Below, one piece after another: positions 11,701-22,241 of a stretch of DNA of 64,000 bases (position 1 is its first letter; each line of letters begins with the position of its first letter). The stretch spans positions 158,219-222,218 of the forward strand of contig CAMYNG010000001.1 of NCBI GenBank assembly GCA_947259765.1. The letters are read 5' to 3'. The notes beneath the pieces are model-generated. The model worked only from the letters and a program-made list of their open reading frames with translations. It made no database searches and had not been told where the DNA came from. Both the position numbers and the translations under genes were made by a program. Source of the stretch: an uncultured Ectothiorhodospiraceae bacterium. GTDB taxonomy: Bacteria; Pseudomonadota; Gammaproteobacteria; CAMYNG01.

Positions 11701-11724
11701 CGAAAAAGGGGGCGAAGCCCCCTT
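11701..11724 (-). terminator. Rho-independent terminator/attenuator between rpsB and tsf
   Basis: On the minus-strand RNA there is a GGGGGC-UUC-GCCCCC hairpin (11708-11722) followed by UUUUU. It starts about 40 nt after the rpsB stop. Confidence 0.55.
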
Positions 11725-11760
11725 ATCTTTACAACCTTAAACGAATTAAAAAGAAACCGC

Positions 11761-12717
11761 TTACTCTACAACCGTCTCATCATCCGGTTTGGCCGCTTCC
11801 TTTTCGTCAGCAGAATCTTCCTTAGCAACCGCTTTCGCGTCCCCGGAATCATTACTTGCTTCCACCTTGGGCTCAGACTCGTCGGACGTCGCTTTGGCTT
11901 TTTTGGTCGTCGTTTTCTCGGCCGCTTTTTTCGCGGATTTCTTCTTTACCGCCGTCTTTTTCTTTTTCACGGATTCAGGCGAGCCCGCTTCATCAACAGC
12001 AACAAAGTCATCCCCGGCACCGCCGATTTGCGGCATGGACTCACGACCCTCGATCACCGCCTGTGACATTCCCTGGGTATACAACTGGATGGCGCGAATA
12101 GCGTCATCATTACCTGGGACAACATAATCAACACCCGCCGGACTGTTATTCGTATCGACAACCCCGACAACCGGGATACCCAGCTTCACCGCCTCATTAA
12201 TGGCAATTTTTTCATGCCCTACATCAATAATGAACAGCGCGTCAGGAAGACCATCCATATCCTTGATCCCACCGAGGCTGCGTTCGAGTTTGGCCTTCTC
12301 TCGTGTCAGGTTCAGCACCTCTTTCTTGGACAACCTGTCAAAGGTACCGTCTTCCGCCATGGCCTCAAGTTCCTTGAGTCGCTTGATGGACTGGCGAACA
12401 GTCTTGAAATTGGTCAGCATGCCTCCCAACCAACGATGATTGACATAGGGCATGCCGCAACGCCGGGCTTCATCGGTAATTACGTCCTGAGCAGCGCGTT
12501 TGGTACCGACAAACAATACCGTGCCGCGTTTGGCCGCCAGGCTGCCAAGGAAATTCATCGCGTCCTGAAACAAGGGCAGCGTCTTTTCCAGATTAATAAT
12601 GTGGATTTTATTTCGATCGCCGAAAATGAAGGGGGCCATTTTCGGGTTCCAGAAACGAGTCTGGTGACCAAAATGCACGCCAGCCTCAAGCATCTGGCGC
12701 ATGGATACGTCAGTCAT
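11761..12717 (-). CDS. rpsB: 30S ribosomal protein S2 with a ~74-aa Lys/Ala/Glu-rich C-terminal extension
   Basis: The S2 core begins [27 protein letters not shown]. The start is the ATG at 12717, preceded by AGGAGA. The C-terminal tail reads [20 protein letters not shown]... Confidence 0.93.
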   Translation of the reverse strand: MTDVSMRQMLEAGVHFGHQTRFWNPKMAPFIFGDRNKIHIINLEKTLPLFQDAMNFLGSLAAKRGTVLFVGTKRAAQDVITDEARRCGMPYVNHRWLGGMLTNFKTVRQSIKRLKELEAMAEDGTFDRLSKKEVLNLTREKAKLERSLGGIKDMDGLPDALFIIDVGHEKIAINEAVKLGIPVVGVVDTNNSPAGVDYVVPGNDDAIRAIQLYTQGMSQAVIEGRESMPQIGGAGDDFVAVDEAGSPESVKKKKTAVKKKSAKKAAEKTTTKKAKATSDESEPKVEASNDSGDAKAVAKEDSADEKEAAKPDDETVVE

Positions 12718-13030
12718 TAGCAATTCTCCTATTGGGTTTTGCCTCCACACGCCCCATGCACCAACCCCTTACGGAGCACCCTAGTACACGTGACGGCGTG
12801 TGTGTGTGATTACCGGAATTTTCTAGCGTTTCCGGATAGTTAAATTTGCGAATCTCGCGCGCGCTTTATACCATAATCGGCCGTAGACAACAATCTGCCT
12901 GCGCGACCGAGGGGGCCGTTTGGCCCCGGTTTATGTTTTGCCTATACTGTCGCGGATTTTCAGCCGCTAAACGGCGAATACGTCGCCACTCACCACAATT
13001 AGGCCACAATCAGGTTCCCGGAAATTCCGA

Positions 13031-13798
13031 ATGACAATTCATATCAAAACCGCCGATGAAGTCGAAAAAATGCGCGTTGCCGGCAAGCTGGCCGCTGAAG
13101 TGCTGGAAATGATCGGCGAATACGTCGTGCCCGGTGCCACCACCGACGAACTGGATCGGATATGCCACGACTACATCATCAACGAACAACAGGCTATTCC
13201 GGCACCACTCAACTATCATGGCTTTCCGAAATCAATTTGTACTTCTGTCAATCACGTCGTTTGCCACGGTATCCCCGGCGACAAAAAGCTCAAAAAAGGC
13301 GACATCATTAACATTGACGTCACCGTTATCAAGGATGGTTTTCACGGTGATACGAGCAAGATGTTTTTTGTTGGCGAGCCGTCAATCCTGGCCCAGAGAC
13401 TCACGCGCGTGACCTATGACTGTTTACACATGGGAATCGACATGGTCCGCCCCGGAATTCAATTGGGTGACATTGGTCACGCGATTCAACAATACGCGGA
13501 GAAGCACAAGTACACCGTCGTGCGGGAGTACTGCGGACACGGCATTGGCCGCGAATTTCATGAAGAGCCCCAGGTGCTTCACTACGGTTCGCCCGGGACG
13601 GGTTTATTCCTTGAGGAAGGAATGACATTTACCATCGAACCCATGATTAACGCGGGCAAACGGCAGGTTAAATTGCTAAACGACAACTGGACCGTAATCA
13701 CCCGCGACCGTACATTGTCTGCACAGTGGGAGCATACGTTACTGGTTACTGCGAACGGACACGATGTACTCACACAACGTAGCGATGAAAGTTTCTAA
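13031..13798 (+). CDS. map: Type I methionine aminopeptidase
   Basis: The 255-aa ORF has MetAP metal-ligand context (DIINIDVTVIKDGFHGDTS, GHGIGREFHEEP, TIEPM). It is divergent from rpsB, as in many gammaproteobacteria. Confidence 0.95.
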   Translation: MTIHIKTADEVEKMRVAGKLAAEVLEMIGEYVVPGATTDELDRICHDYIINEQQAIPAPLNYHGFPKSICTSVNHVVCHGIPGDKKLKKGDIINIDVTVIKDGFHGDTSKMFFVGEPSILAQRLTRVTYDCLHMGIDMVRPGIQLGDIGHAIQQYAEKHKYTVVREYCGHGIGREFHEEPQVLHYGSPGTGLFLEEGMTFTIEPMINAGKRQVKLLNDNWTVITRDRTLSAQWEHTLLVTANGHDVLTQRSDESF

Positions 13799-16482
13799 TG
13801 GCTGTTGAGATTGATTCAGAGCTGCTGAACACGATTGCGCTCGACACCGCACTCGCGGAGCAAACCACGCCTCTGCCGGTTTTTCGCGAAACCTTACGTC
13901 GCTCTCAGGAAGCTCTAAAATCCCGTTGGCTCGCTGGCAGAAGTGCATCTGAATTGGTGCCGCTTCGCGCCCGGGTTGTTGACGAAATTTTACGCCGAGC
14001 CTGGACACTTTTTTTCGATATCTGTGACGAAAACATCGCGCTGGTCGCAGTCGGAGGTTATGGCCGGGGTGAACTCCACCCGTGCTCGGATATCGACCTA
14101 ATGATTCTGGTACGCGCAACGGCGGAACAGTATCGCAAACCCATTGAGCAATTTCTGACGTTTCTTTGGGATATTGGTCTTGAAACGGGACACAGCGTGC
14201 GAACCCTTGATGACTGCGTCAAGGAGGCCCGAGACGATGTCACGGTTGCCACCAATCTGCAGGAAGCCCGCCTGCTATTGGGCGCGGAAGATTTATTCAC
14301 AGAACAACAGAATCAATGTGGGCCAACCCATCTGTGGCCAGGACGCGACTACTTTTCAGCAAAATGGCAAGAGCAGCAAAAGCGGCACGAAAAATTCAAC
14401 GATACGGCTTATAACCTTGAGCCTAATCTGAAAGAAGGCCCAGGCGGCCTGCGTGACATTCAGATGGTGGGTTGGACGGCCAAACGCCACTTTGGCGCAC
14501 AAAGCCTGCGCGACCTGATTGCACATGGTTTTTTAACCCAAGCCGAATACCAAACATTGGCTGAAGGACAGGCCTTACTGTGGCAGATTCGTTTTGGGCT
14601 GCACATATTTACCGGCAGGCGGGAGGATCGATTGCTCTTCGACTACCAGCGCCAACTCGCACAGCACTTTGGCTATCGAGACAATCCACGCCACCGCGCT
14701 GTAGAGCAGTTCATGCAACAGTATTACCGGACGGTGATGGAACTCAGCCGGCTTAATGAAATGCTGTTACAACTTTTTCAGGAGGAAATTCTTTATGCCG
14801 ACCAATCTGGCCAACCGATTGAAATAAACAACCGCTTTCAATCACGTAAGGGCTTTCTGGAAGCCAAAAATGACAGCGTCTTTAATCGAACCCCATTTGC
14901 GCTACTGGAAGTGTTTCTTTTGATGGCGCAGCATCCGACGTTAAAAGGTGTCCGTGCCAACACAATTCGGATGCTGCGTGATCATCGCCACCTAATCGAC
15001 GACGACTTTCGCGACGACTTGGCCTGCCGCTCACTGTTTATGGAAATCCTGCGTCACGGAGAAGGTGTCACTCACGAACTTCGGCGTATGAGTCGCTACG
15101 GCATACTGGCTGCGTACCTTCCTGCGTTTGGTGACATCGTTGGCCAAATGCAACATGACCTGTTTCACGTCTACACGGTAGATGAGCACACGCTGTTCGT
15201 GGTGCGCAACGTTCGTCGCTTCACCGTCCCGGCGTTTAAACCCGAGTTTCCGCTCTGCAGCCATGTAATGGCGCATATTCCAAAGCAGGAACTCCTACTG
15301 ATTTCTGCACTTTTTCACGATATTGCGAAAGGTCGCGGCGGCGATCACTCCGTTCTCGGAGCTCACGACGCGTTGGAGTTCTGCTGCAAACATGGTTTGA
15401 GTGATCACGATAGCCGTTTTGTGGCCTGGCTGGTGAAAAACCATCTACTTATGTCAACCACCGCCCAACGCAAGGATATTGGTGACCCTGACGTCGTACA
15501 TGCGTTTGCCGAACAGGTCGGCGACAGCCGGCATCTTGATTATCTTTACTTGCTTACTGTCGCCGACATACGTGCAACAAATCCGAGCCTGTGGAATGCC
15601 TGGAAAGACGCATTACTGAAGCAACTTTATGTCGAGACTAAAAAGGCATTTCGGCGCGGGTTGGATAACCCCGTAATTCGTTCTGAAAATATCGATGAAA
15701 CGAAAACTCTGGCACTGGCGCAGCTCTCTAGCCGCGGACTGGACAGAAATGCTGTCAAGTCACTGTGGCAGGAAATGGGAGAGGACTATTTTCTTCGCTG
15801 CACTGCCGCTGAGATTACCTGGCATACGGAAGAAATACTGAAACGTGAAAAGCCTTCCGACTCGTTGGTTTTAATTGACGAGAAAAGTAGTCGGGGCGGC
15901 AGTGAAATCGTTGTTTTCACACCCAATAGTCGAAACCTGTTCGCCAAACTCACACAGGTTTTGGACCAATTAAGTCTAAATGTTGTTGAAGCCCGTATCA
16001 TCCAGACAAATAACGAGTTTGTAATGGATACCTTTGTTGTGCTCGACGCCGGCGGTAACCCGGTTTCCGGCTCTGCAGAACTCGCCGATTTACGCGACAG
16101 GATTACAGTTGCGATCACGGCCGAGTCCTTCAAGTCCGTCTCTTTACAACAACGTATTCCGCGGCAGGCAAAGCACTTTCAATTCAAAACCCAGACAAAT
16201 TTTTTTACGGATAAAACCAAGAATCACACCATTCTCGAAATTATTGCCTATGATCGGCCCGGACTGCTTTCTCGCATCGGCTACGCGTTGATAGACTGTG
16301 GCATTCGTGTCATAAACGCGAAAATTGCCACGTTCGGTGAACGTGCGGAGGATATTTTCTTCGTCAGAAACGCCGCCAATAACCCCTTAAACAATCAAGA
16401 ACAAACCTGTGTGTCTCGAGCTGTTGAAGAAGCACTGGATGAAACAACGGATCACAACGGGCAGGCACAAAATGACGGCTAA
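13798..16482 (+). CDS. glnD: Bifunctional [protein-PII] uridylyltransferase/uridylyl-removing enzyme
   Basis: The 894-aa ORF has a nucleotidyltransferase N-terminus (GGYGRGELHPCSDIDL), an HD domain (LFHDIAKG) and two C-terminal ACT-like domains. It has a 1-nt overlap with map. Confidence 0.93.
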   Translation: MAVEIDSELLNTIALDTALAEQTTPLPVFRETLRRSQEALKSRWLAGRSASELVPLRARVVDEILRRAWTLFFDICDENIALVAVGGYGRGELHPCSDIDLMILVRATAEQYRKPIEQFLTFLWDIGLETGHSVRTLDDCVKEARDDVTVATNLQEARLLLGAEDLFTEQQNQCGPTHLWPGRDYFSAKWQEQQKRHEKFNDTAYNLEPNLKEGPGGLRDIQMVGWTAKRHFGAQSLRDLIAHGFLTQAEYQTLAEGQALLWQIRFGLHIFTGRREDRLLFDYQRQLAQHFGYRDNPRHRAVEQFMQQYYRTVMELSRLNEMLLQLFQEEILYADQSGQPIEINNRFQSRKGFLEAKNDSVFNRTPFALLEVFLLMAQHPTLKGVRANTIRMLRDHRHLIDDDFRDDLACRSLFMEILRHGEGVTHELRRMSRYGILAAYLPAFGDIVGQMQHDLFHVYTVDEHTLFVVRNVRRFTVPAFKPEFPLCSHVMAHIPKQELLLISALFHDIAKGRGGDHSVLGAHDALEFCCKHGLSDHDSRFVAWLVKNHLLMSTTAQRKDIGDPDVVHAFAEQVGDSRHLDYLYLLTVADIRATNPSLWNAWKDALLKQLYVETKKAFRRGLDNPVIRSENIDETKTLALAQLSSRGLDRNAVKSLWQEMGEDYFLRCTAAEITWHTEEILKREKPSDSLVLIDEKSSRGGSEIVVFTPNSRNLFAKLTQVLDQLSLNVVEARIIQTNNEFVMDTFVVLDAGGNPVSGSAELADLRDRITVAITAESFKSVSLQQRIPRQAKHFQFKTQTNFFTDKTKNHTILEIIAYDRPGLLSRIGYALIDCGIRVINAKIATFGERAEDIFFVRNAANNPLNNQEQTCVSRAVEEALDETTDHNGQAQNDG

Positions 16483-16568
16483 CCCGTTTTTTTAACTTCG
16501 TCTATTACGTGGCGAGAATACGCCATATGTCCGAAGTTACGTTATACAGCAGCAAGCCGAAATGTTGG

Positions 16569-16955
16569 TTATTCCTCTATAAATTCCAGGGCATTTCCAT
16601 CAGGATCGCGGCAAAATATCGCCCGACGACCTGATTTACTTTGCGTATAGGGAATATCATTTGATGTAAGCTTCACCGTCAGTTCATCAACGGCATCAAC
16701 AGCAAACGCCGTATGTCGATCGCGCCCACCGTGTTCGGGACGCCCGTCGATCGGATCAGGATTTGGAAGTTCCAATAAATGAAGTTGTTGTTCACCCACA
16801 ACCAACCAGGCTCCGGGAAATTGGAGATCAGGTCGATCCGGATCCGTCCGCATACCCAAAACATCGCGATAGAACGTCAGGGATCGTTGAGTATCCGACA
16901 CCAACAGGCTGGCATGTAAAAGCCGCTGAATTCTCATAAAATCAAAATATCCCAA
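16569..16955 (-). CDS. VOC (glyoxalase/bleomycin-resistance/dioxygenase) family protein
   Basis: The 128-aa ORF has a beta-alpha-beta-beta-beta pattern with HASLLVSD...FYRDVLGM and HTAFAV...DPDGNALEF. Confidence 0.75.
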   Translation of the reverse strand: MGYFDFMRIQRLLHASLLVSDTQRSLTFYRDVLGMRTDPDRPDLQFPGAWLVVGEQQLHLLELPNPDPIDGRPEHGGRDRHTAFAVDAVDELTVKLTSNDIPYTQSKSGRRAIFCRDPDGNALEFIEE

Positions 16956-17206
16956 GCTGAAAAATTTGTGGCAAATCTGTTAAACTGCGCGGCTTCTGCA
17001 GAGTCGGGGAAGGTTCAGACTCCAGGCGAGCGGTAAAGCTTTGACGTAAATGCCGCGCTGATTTCCGCATATTCTGCAGACGGTGTGCGCTAGCACGAAA
17101 CCGAGACGAAGCATTAACGGAAACATAACTATATACAAATTTATAAGTACGTAATTTACAGAAGCCTAGTCAAAAAATAAGCAGTAACCAAAAAACAACT
17201 CTCAGA

Positions 17207-18400
17207 ATGAACCCGGAACTCCAACTACTTCACCCCTACCCGTTTGAGAAATTACGTATCCTCACCTCGGGAAGCCTACCACCGGATGTCCCGCCCATAC
17301 GGCTCTCAATCGGCGAACCACAACATCCTGCTCCCGCTTTCGTGGTGGAAGCCCTGCAACAAAACCTGCAAGGATTGTCGCACTACCCGTTGACACGGGG
17401 TAGTGACGAGCTGCGGGAAGCCATTTCCCACTGGTTGGTGAAACGATTTAACCTGCCGGAATCCAGCATCGATCCGCAGCGACATGTTCTGCCGGTCAAC
17501 GGCACGCGTGAAGGCTTGTTCGCTTTCGCGCAGGCAGTTATCGATCGCTCAGCTGAGCCCACTGTGCTCATGCCAAATCCGTTTTATCAGATCTATGAAG
17601 GTGCTGCACTCCTGGCAGGAGCACAGCCCGTATATTTAAATACTGCCGCGGAAAACGGTTTCACGCCCGATTTCAACTCGGTAAGTGAGGAAATGTGGCG
17701 ACGGTGTCAGCTCCTTTATATATGCACACCCGGTAACCCCAGTGGCACGGTACTCGAAACAGAGCAGTTACAGCAACTCATCGAGCTTGCACATAAGCAT
17801 GACTTTATCATTGCCTCTGACGAATGCTACTCGGAAATCTACGATGACGAAGCCCAACCTCCCCCCGGCTTGCTCGGGGCGGCAAAAAAACTTGGGCTGG
17901 ACAACTTCAAGCGCTGCGTGGTTTTCCACAGTCTGTCAAAACGTTCAAACCTGCCAGGATTGCGTTCAGGTTTCGTCGCGGGTGACGCCGACGTACTGGC
18001 AGCATTTCTGCAGTACCGCACCTACCACGGCTGCGCCATGGCGCCACCCTGCCAAGTTGCCAGCACACGAGCTTGGCAGGATGAGGCTCATGTGCAGCAA
18101 AATCGCCGGCTATACCGCGAAAAATTTACCGCGTTTTTGCAGATTCTGGACGGTGCGCTCAAGGTAGAGCGTCCGCCGGCCGGCTTTTATCTATGGGCAC
18201 CGACACCTGTTGACGATGAAAAGTTTGCACAGCAACTGTTTGCAACATCCAATGTCAGTGTGTTGCCCGGAAAATACCTTTCCAGAAATTCCGGCAGCGT
18301 GAATCCGGGAAAAAATTATGTTCGTATGGCACTTGTCGCACCACTAGAGCAATGCGTCGAGGCGGCGGATCGGATAAAATCCTTCGTCGCTTCGTTGTAA
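17207..18400 (+). CDS. dapC: Succinyldiaminopimelate transaminase (class I aminotransferase)
   Basis: The 397-aa ORF has a PLP-lysine context (SLSKRSNLPGLRSGF). It lies immediately upstream of dapD. Confidence 0.78.
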   Translation: MNPELQLLHPYPFEKLRILTSGSLPPDVPPIRLSIGEPQHPAPAFVVEALQQNLQGLSHYPLTRGSDELREAISHWLVKRFNLPESSIDPQRHVLPVNGTREGLFAFAQAVIDRSAEPTVLMPNPFYQIYEGAALLAGAQPVYLNTAAENGFTPDFNSVSEEMWRRCQLLYICTPGNPSGTVLETEQLQQLIELAHKHDFIIASDECYSEIYDDEAQPPPGLLGAAKKLGLDNFKRCVVFHSLSKRSNLPGLRSGFVAGDADVLAAFLQYRTYHGCAMAPPCQVASTRAWQDEAHVQQNRRLYREKFTAFLQILDGALKVERPPAGFYLWAPTPVDDEKFAQQLFATSNVSVLPGKYLSRNSGSVNPGKNYVRMALVAPLEQCVEAADRIKSFVASL

Positions 18401-18416
18401 CCGGGAGAAATTTTAA

Positions 18417-19238
18417 ATGAGTGAAATCAAGAATATTATCGAACAGGCCTTTGAAAACCGGGCCGAAATCACCCCGCGCAGTGTAGACACCATTGTCAAG
18501 GAAGCGGTGAGCGAAGCGATTCAGATGCTGGATTCGGGAGATGCCCGAGTCGCCGAACCAACCCAGGACGGCTGGCAAGTCAACGACTGGTTAAAAAAAG
18601 CGGTATTGTTGTCATTTCGCATTGAAGACAACAACTTTATGAAAGGTGGGTTCACCAACTACTTCGACAAGGTTCCACCAAAATACGCGGATATGAATTC
18701 GCGGGAATTCCGCCAAAGTGGCGTGCGAGTTGTTCCTCCAGCGACGGTTCGGCGGGGTGCTTATATCGCGTCGGGAGTGGTTCTCATGCCGTGCTACGTC
18801 AACATCGGCGCCTATGTCGATTCCGGCACCATGGTTGATACCTGGGCTACGGTGGGTTCCTGCGCCCAGATTGGAAAGAACGTTCACTTGTCTGGCGGCG
18901 TTGGCATAGGTGGTGTACTTGAACCCTTGCAGGCCGCGCCAACCATTATAGAAGATAACTGCTTCATTGGCGCACGTTCAGAAGTTGTTGAAGGCGTCAT
19001 TGTCGAGGCGGGATCGGTGATCTCCATGGGTGTTTACATTGGCCAAAGCACACGGATCTATGACCGCGAGAAAGACGAAATTTTATACGGCCGTGTGCCC
19101 GCCGGCTCTGTTGTCGTTTCCGGCAATCTTCCGTCAAAAGACGGAAAATATAGCTTGTACTGTGCAGTCATTGTCAAACGCGTTGATGAGAAAACCCGTA
19201 GTAAAGTTGGAATTAATGAATTACTGCGAAATATCTAG
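18417..19238 (+). CDS. dapD: 2,3,4,5-tetrahydropyridine-2,6-dicarboxylate N-succinyltransferase
   Basis: The 273-aa ORF has a hexapeptide-repeat core and a DapD-type N-terminal domain. Confidence 0.93.
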   Translation: MSEIKNIIEQAFENRAEITPRSVDTIVKEAVSEAIQMLDSGDARVAEPTQDGWQVNDWLKKAVLLSFRIEDNNFMKGGFTNYFDKVPPKYADMNSREFRQSGVRVVPPATVRRGAYIASGVVLMPCYVNIGAYVDSGTMVDTWATVGSCAQIGKNVHLSGGVGIGGVLEPLQAAPTIIEDNCFIGARSEVVEGVIVEAGSVISMGVYIGQSTRIYDREKDEILYGRVPAGSVVVSGNLPSKDGKYSLYCAVIVKRVDEKTRSKVGINELLRNI

Positions 19239-19273
19239 ACAAACTTTCAAAAAATTCGGTTTTCAAACCTCAT

Positions 19274-19621
19274 ATGATCACAGTCTATGGCATTAAGAAT
19301 TGCGATACTGTCAAGAGAGCACGCAAATGGTTCGAGCAACACGGTATTGACTATCATTTCCACGATTTTCGCATTGATGGACTGGAATCGGCGCAGATTA
19401 CGAAATGGGTCGAACAAATCGGTTGGCAGGATCTTCTTAACCGCCGCAGTACTACATGGCGAAATCTTACGAATAAACCGGAAGGCAACATCGACAATAA
19501 GACCGCGACGCAATTGATGGCGGCAAACCCAACGTTAATTAAACGCCCTGTAGTCTGCCGGGGAACAAAAATTTATGTTGGCTTCAGTCCTGAGGAGTTT
19601 ACCGCCCGGTTTAAAAACTGA
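19274..19621 (+). CDS. ArsC/Spx-family (YffB-like) protein
   Basis: The 115-aa ORF has the N-terminal MITVYGIKNCDTVKRARKW motif of the ArsC/Spx thioredoxin-like family. Confidence 0.8.
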   Translation: MITVYGIKNCDTVKRARKWFEQHGIDYHFHDFRIDGLESAQITKWVEQIGWQDLLNRRSTTWRNLTNKPEGNIDNKTATQLMAANPTLIKRPVVCRGTKIYVGFSPEEFTARFKN

Positions 19622-19678
19622 GCGAAACGAGCATAAGCCACTTAAAAATAATTTTTTAATCCAAGCTGAGCATTAACT

Positions 19679-20806
19679 ATGAGCGCCACACTCGACCTGA
19701 CTGAAACGCTTATCCAACGCGAGTCTGTTACACCGGAAGATGCTGGCTGTCAGAGCCTGCTCGCCGATCGACTGGATACCGTCGGTTTCAAGAACGAATC
19801 ATTACCATTTGGGCCCGTTAAAAATTTATGGGCACGATTCGGAACCCAAGAGCCTTTGTTTGTGTTCGCAGGCCATACCGATGTGGTGCCGGCGGGTCCA
19901 GAAGAACAATGGGACTCACCACCGTTTGAGCCTACTGTGCGTGACGGAATACTTTACGGCCGCGGCACCTGCGATATGAAAGGATCTATTGCCGCCATGG
20001 TGACTGCGTGCGAGCGCTTCCTGAAGAATAAGCACTCGATTCCGGGGAGTATCGCATTTCTAATTACCAGTGATGAAGAAGGTATCGCGACCGACGGCAC
20101 GGTAAAGGTTGTTGAGGTTCTACAGGCACGCAACGAACAAATTAATTGGTGTCTCGTCGGCGAACCATCAAGTACGGACACGGTGGGCGACATCATCAAA
20201 AATGGTCGGCGTGGATCGCTGACTGGAAAATTAACTGTCAACGGTATTCAGGGACATGTCGCCTACCCCAAGCTGGCCCGAAATCCGGTACATGAGGTTG
20301 CACCGGTGCTTGCTGAACTTTCCAATACCCATTGGGATTCCGGCAACGAATTTTTTCCTCCTACTACATTCCAAATCAGCAACATCAGCTCAGGTACCGG
20401 AGCAGAAAACGTCATCCCTGGCACAGCAGAAATTCTGTTTAATTTTCGCTTTTCAACCGAAACCACCGATGTTGAGCTTCGTACCGCTGTCGCAAGCATC
20501 CTCGACAAGCACCAACTGGACTATGAGCTTAGCTGGCGTCTGTCCGGACAACCGTTTTTGACGTCGGAGGGTGAGTTGATCGACGCTGTAAAACGGGCAA
20601 TACAGGAACAAACCGGGATTAGCACGACGTTATCAACTGCAGGAGGAACCTCTGACGGCCGTTTTATCGCGCCAACCGGGGCGCAGGTTGTTGAATTAGG
20701 CCCCGTCAACGCATCAATCCACAAGGTTAACGAATATGTAGATGTTAAAGAGCTTGATATGCTCTCCGCAATCTACGAGTCGGTTTTGGAAAACCTGTTT
20801 GCTTGA
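19679..20806 (+). CDS. dapE: Succinyl-diaminopimelate desuccinylase
   Basis: This 375-aa M20 peptidase has the motifs [16 protein letters not shown] and SDEEG. Confidence 0.93.
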   Translation: MSATLDLTETLIQRESVTPEDAGCQSLLADRLDTVGFKNESLPFGPVKNLWARFGTQEPLFVFAGHTDVVPAGPEEQWDSPPFEPTVRDGILYGRGTCDMKGSIAAMVTACERFLKNKHSIPGSIAFLITSDEEGIATDGTVKVVEVLQARNEQINWCLVGEPSSTDTVGDIIKNGRRGSLTGKLTVNGIQGHVAYPKLARNPVHEVAPVLAELSNTHWDSGNEFFPPTTFQISNISSGTGAENVIPGTAEILFNFRFSTETTDVELRTAVASILDKHQLDYELSWRLSGQPFLTSEGELIDAVKRAIQEQTGISTTLSTAGGTSDGRFIAPTGAQVVELGPVNASIHKVNEYVDVKELDMLSAIYESVLENLFA

Positions 20807-20890
20807 TTGCTTAATCGGACCCGCTATTTAGCTTGCTTGTTTCTGCAACTGGTGTTCCCGCCAGGTGTATGGTTTCGTAGAAATTGAATT

Positions 20891-21421
20891 CTACTTTAAG
20901 CCCTTCGGCAGGCCTTCTTCAATACTGCGAATTACGTCCTGCTCCAATTCAAGTGCCACCTCTTCGGCTGCGCTACCGACTGCCACTCTACCCGGCCGCA
21001 CAAACAACACCCGCGTTACACCCGCCTTGTGGGTTAAAGTAATATGCAAAGGACACAAGGCCAGCATTTCCGGATCCGAATTGCTGACCTGGTTGGCATA
21101 CCAGCCGTTACAAAAAACCATGCTGCGGATGGCTTCCAGTTTGTTTTTATTGTAATCCTTCCCCCAACGTTGGGCGAAACGCGCAAGATTCTTACCGATA
21201 TTTGGTTCAACAATGACAAAATAGCCGTTATTTTCCAACGACGAATAAACTCGATTATACACCTTGTCCATGGGTGCTTTGATCTGCCGTACGTAGATCA
21301 TAGGTTCGACGGGTTTTGTCGCAGTAAGCTCAGTCGCATCCTCGGCGCTCACAGAAAAGGTGTTGACCGATAAAACGAAGACAACTGCCACTCGAGTCGC
21401 GGAAAGCAAACGTCTGTACAT
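20891..21421 (-). CDS. Exported DUF302-domain protein
   Basis: The protein has a signal peptide (MYRRLLSATRVAVVFVLSVNTFSVSA/ED) and a DUF302-like core (...SMVFCNGWYANQV...LCPLHITL...). The track ORF to 21685 overlaps tsaB, so I trimmed it to the ATG at 21421. Confidence 0.7.
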   Translation of the reverse strand: MYRRLLSATRVAVVFVLSVNTFSVSAEDATELTATKPVEPMIYVRQIKAPMDKVYNRVYSSLENNGYFVIVEPNIGKNLARFAQRWGKDYNKNKLEAIRSMVFCNGWYANQVSNSDPEMLALCPLHITLTHKAGVTRVLFVRPGRVAVGSAAEEVALELEQDVIRSIEEGLPKGLK

Positions 21422-21527
21422 AATGGTTCTCCTGATTTCGTGGCAAGTGTATTTTATCGACAATCCACTGTCACGCACTGTGACTATTTTGACCGAATCG
21501 ACACTTTGAAGTTCATTGCTTTGGATG

Positions 21528-22205
21528 TCACTTGCGTTTGGAAGCAACCTTATTACGCAGATAGACCGGCTGTGCCTGGTCTGCAGTGAGAAAATCACCT
21601 GACGTAAAGGCGCGCGCGCCGATTTTAAGTGCGTCACGTGCCTCAGGTCGGACAGACACGTCTTGTTGTTCAATCGCGGAACCACAATTCTTCATTAATC
21701 GTTCGGCGTAGCTTGTCCAACCCGAGCCAGCGGCGAACCACATCCTATCCGTTGAAAATGCAACATCATCAGGTGAACATACTCGTTCGGGTAACATTGC
21801 CGTCATAAGCCCTTGTTCAAGATGCATAACACCCCAATAGACTTCACCCATACGTGCGTCCAACGCTGCCAGTACCCGAGGATATTCATAGACTCGATGT
21901 ACGCCTTGAGCTAGTGCGGCCAAACTTGAAACCGGAACGACGGGCAGATCAACGGCAAAACCAAGACCCTGCGCAACACCGATAGCCACGCGCAAACCGG
22001 TAAACGCGCCAGGGCCCTGGCCAACAATAATTGCATCCAATTGACTGAGCGCGAGCCCGGCTTCGCCCAACAATTCGTCTACCATCGGCAAGATGTGACG
22101 CGTCTGCTCCCGCACATCAGAAATTGATTTTTGCTCTATCGTGTTGCCCACCTGTAGTGCGACAGAGCACGTTGCAGTAGATGCTTCAAGCGCGAGAAAC
22201 TTCAT
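21528..22205 (-). CDS. tsaB: tRNA threonylcarbamoyladenosine biosynthesis protein TsaB
   Basis: The 225-aa ORF has a YeaZ-type N-terminus (MKFLALEASTATCSVAL, GPGAFTGLRVAIGVAQG). Confidence 0.88.
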   Translation of the reverse strand: MKFLALEASTATCSVALQVGNTIEQKSISDVREQTRHILPMVDELLGEAGLALSQLDAIIVGQGPGAFTGLRVAIGVAQGLGFAVDLPVVPVSSLAALAQGVHRVYEYPRVLAALDARMGEVYWGVMHLEQGLMTAMLPERVCSPDDVAFSTDRMWFAAGSGWTSYAERLMKNCGSAIEQQDVSVRPEARDALKIGARAFTSGDFLTADQAQPVYLRNKVASKRK

Positions 22206-22241
22206 ACCTAACTAAACGACACGGCTAATCTTTTAGGTACG

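Noticed and set aside
10932-11825. A 297-aa plus-strand ORF antisense to tsf.
   Set aside because: It is entirely antisense to a strongly supported EF-Ts gene. Its Ser/Ala/Pro-rich composition is typical of antisense frames, and it has no motifs.
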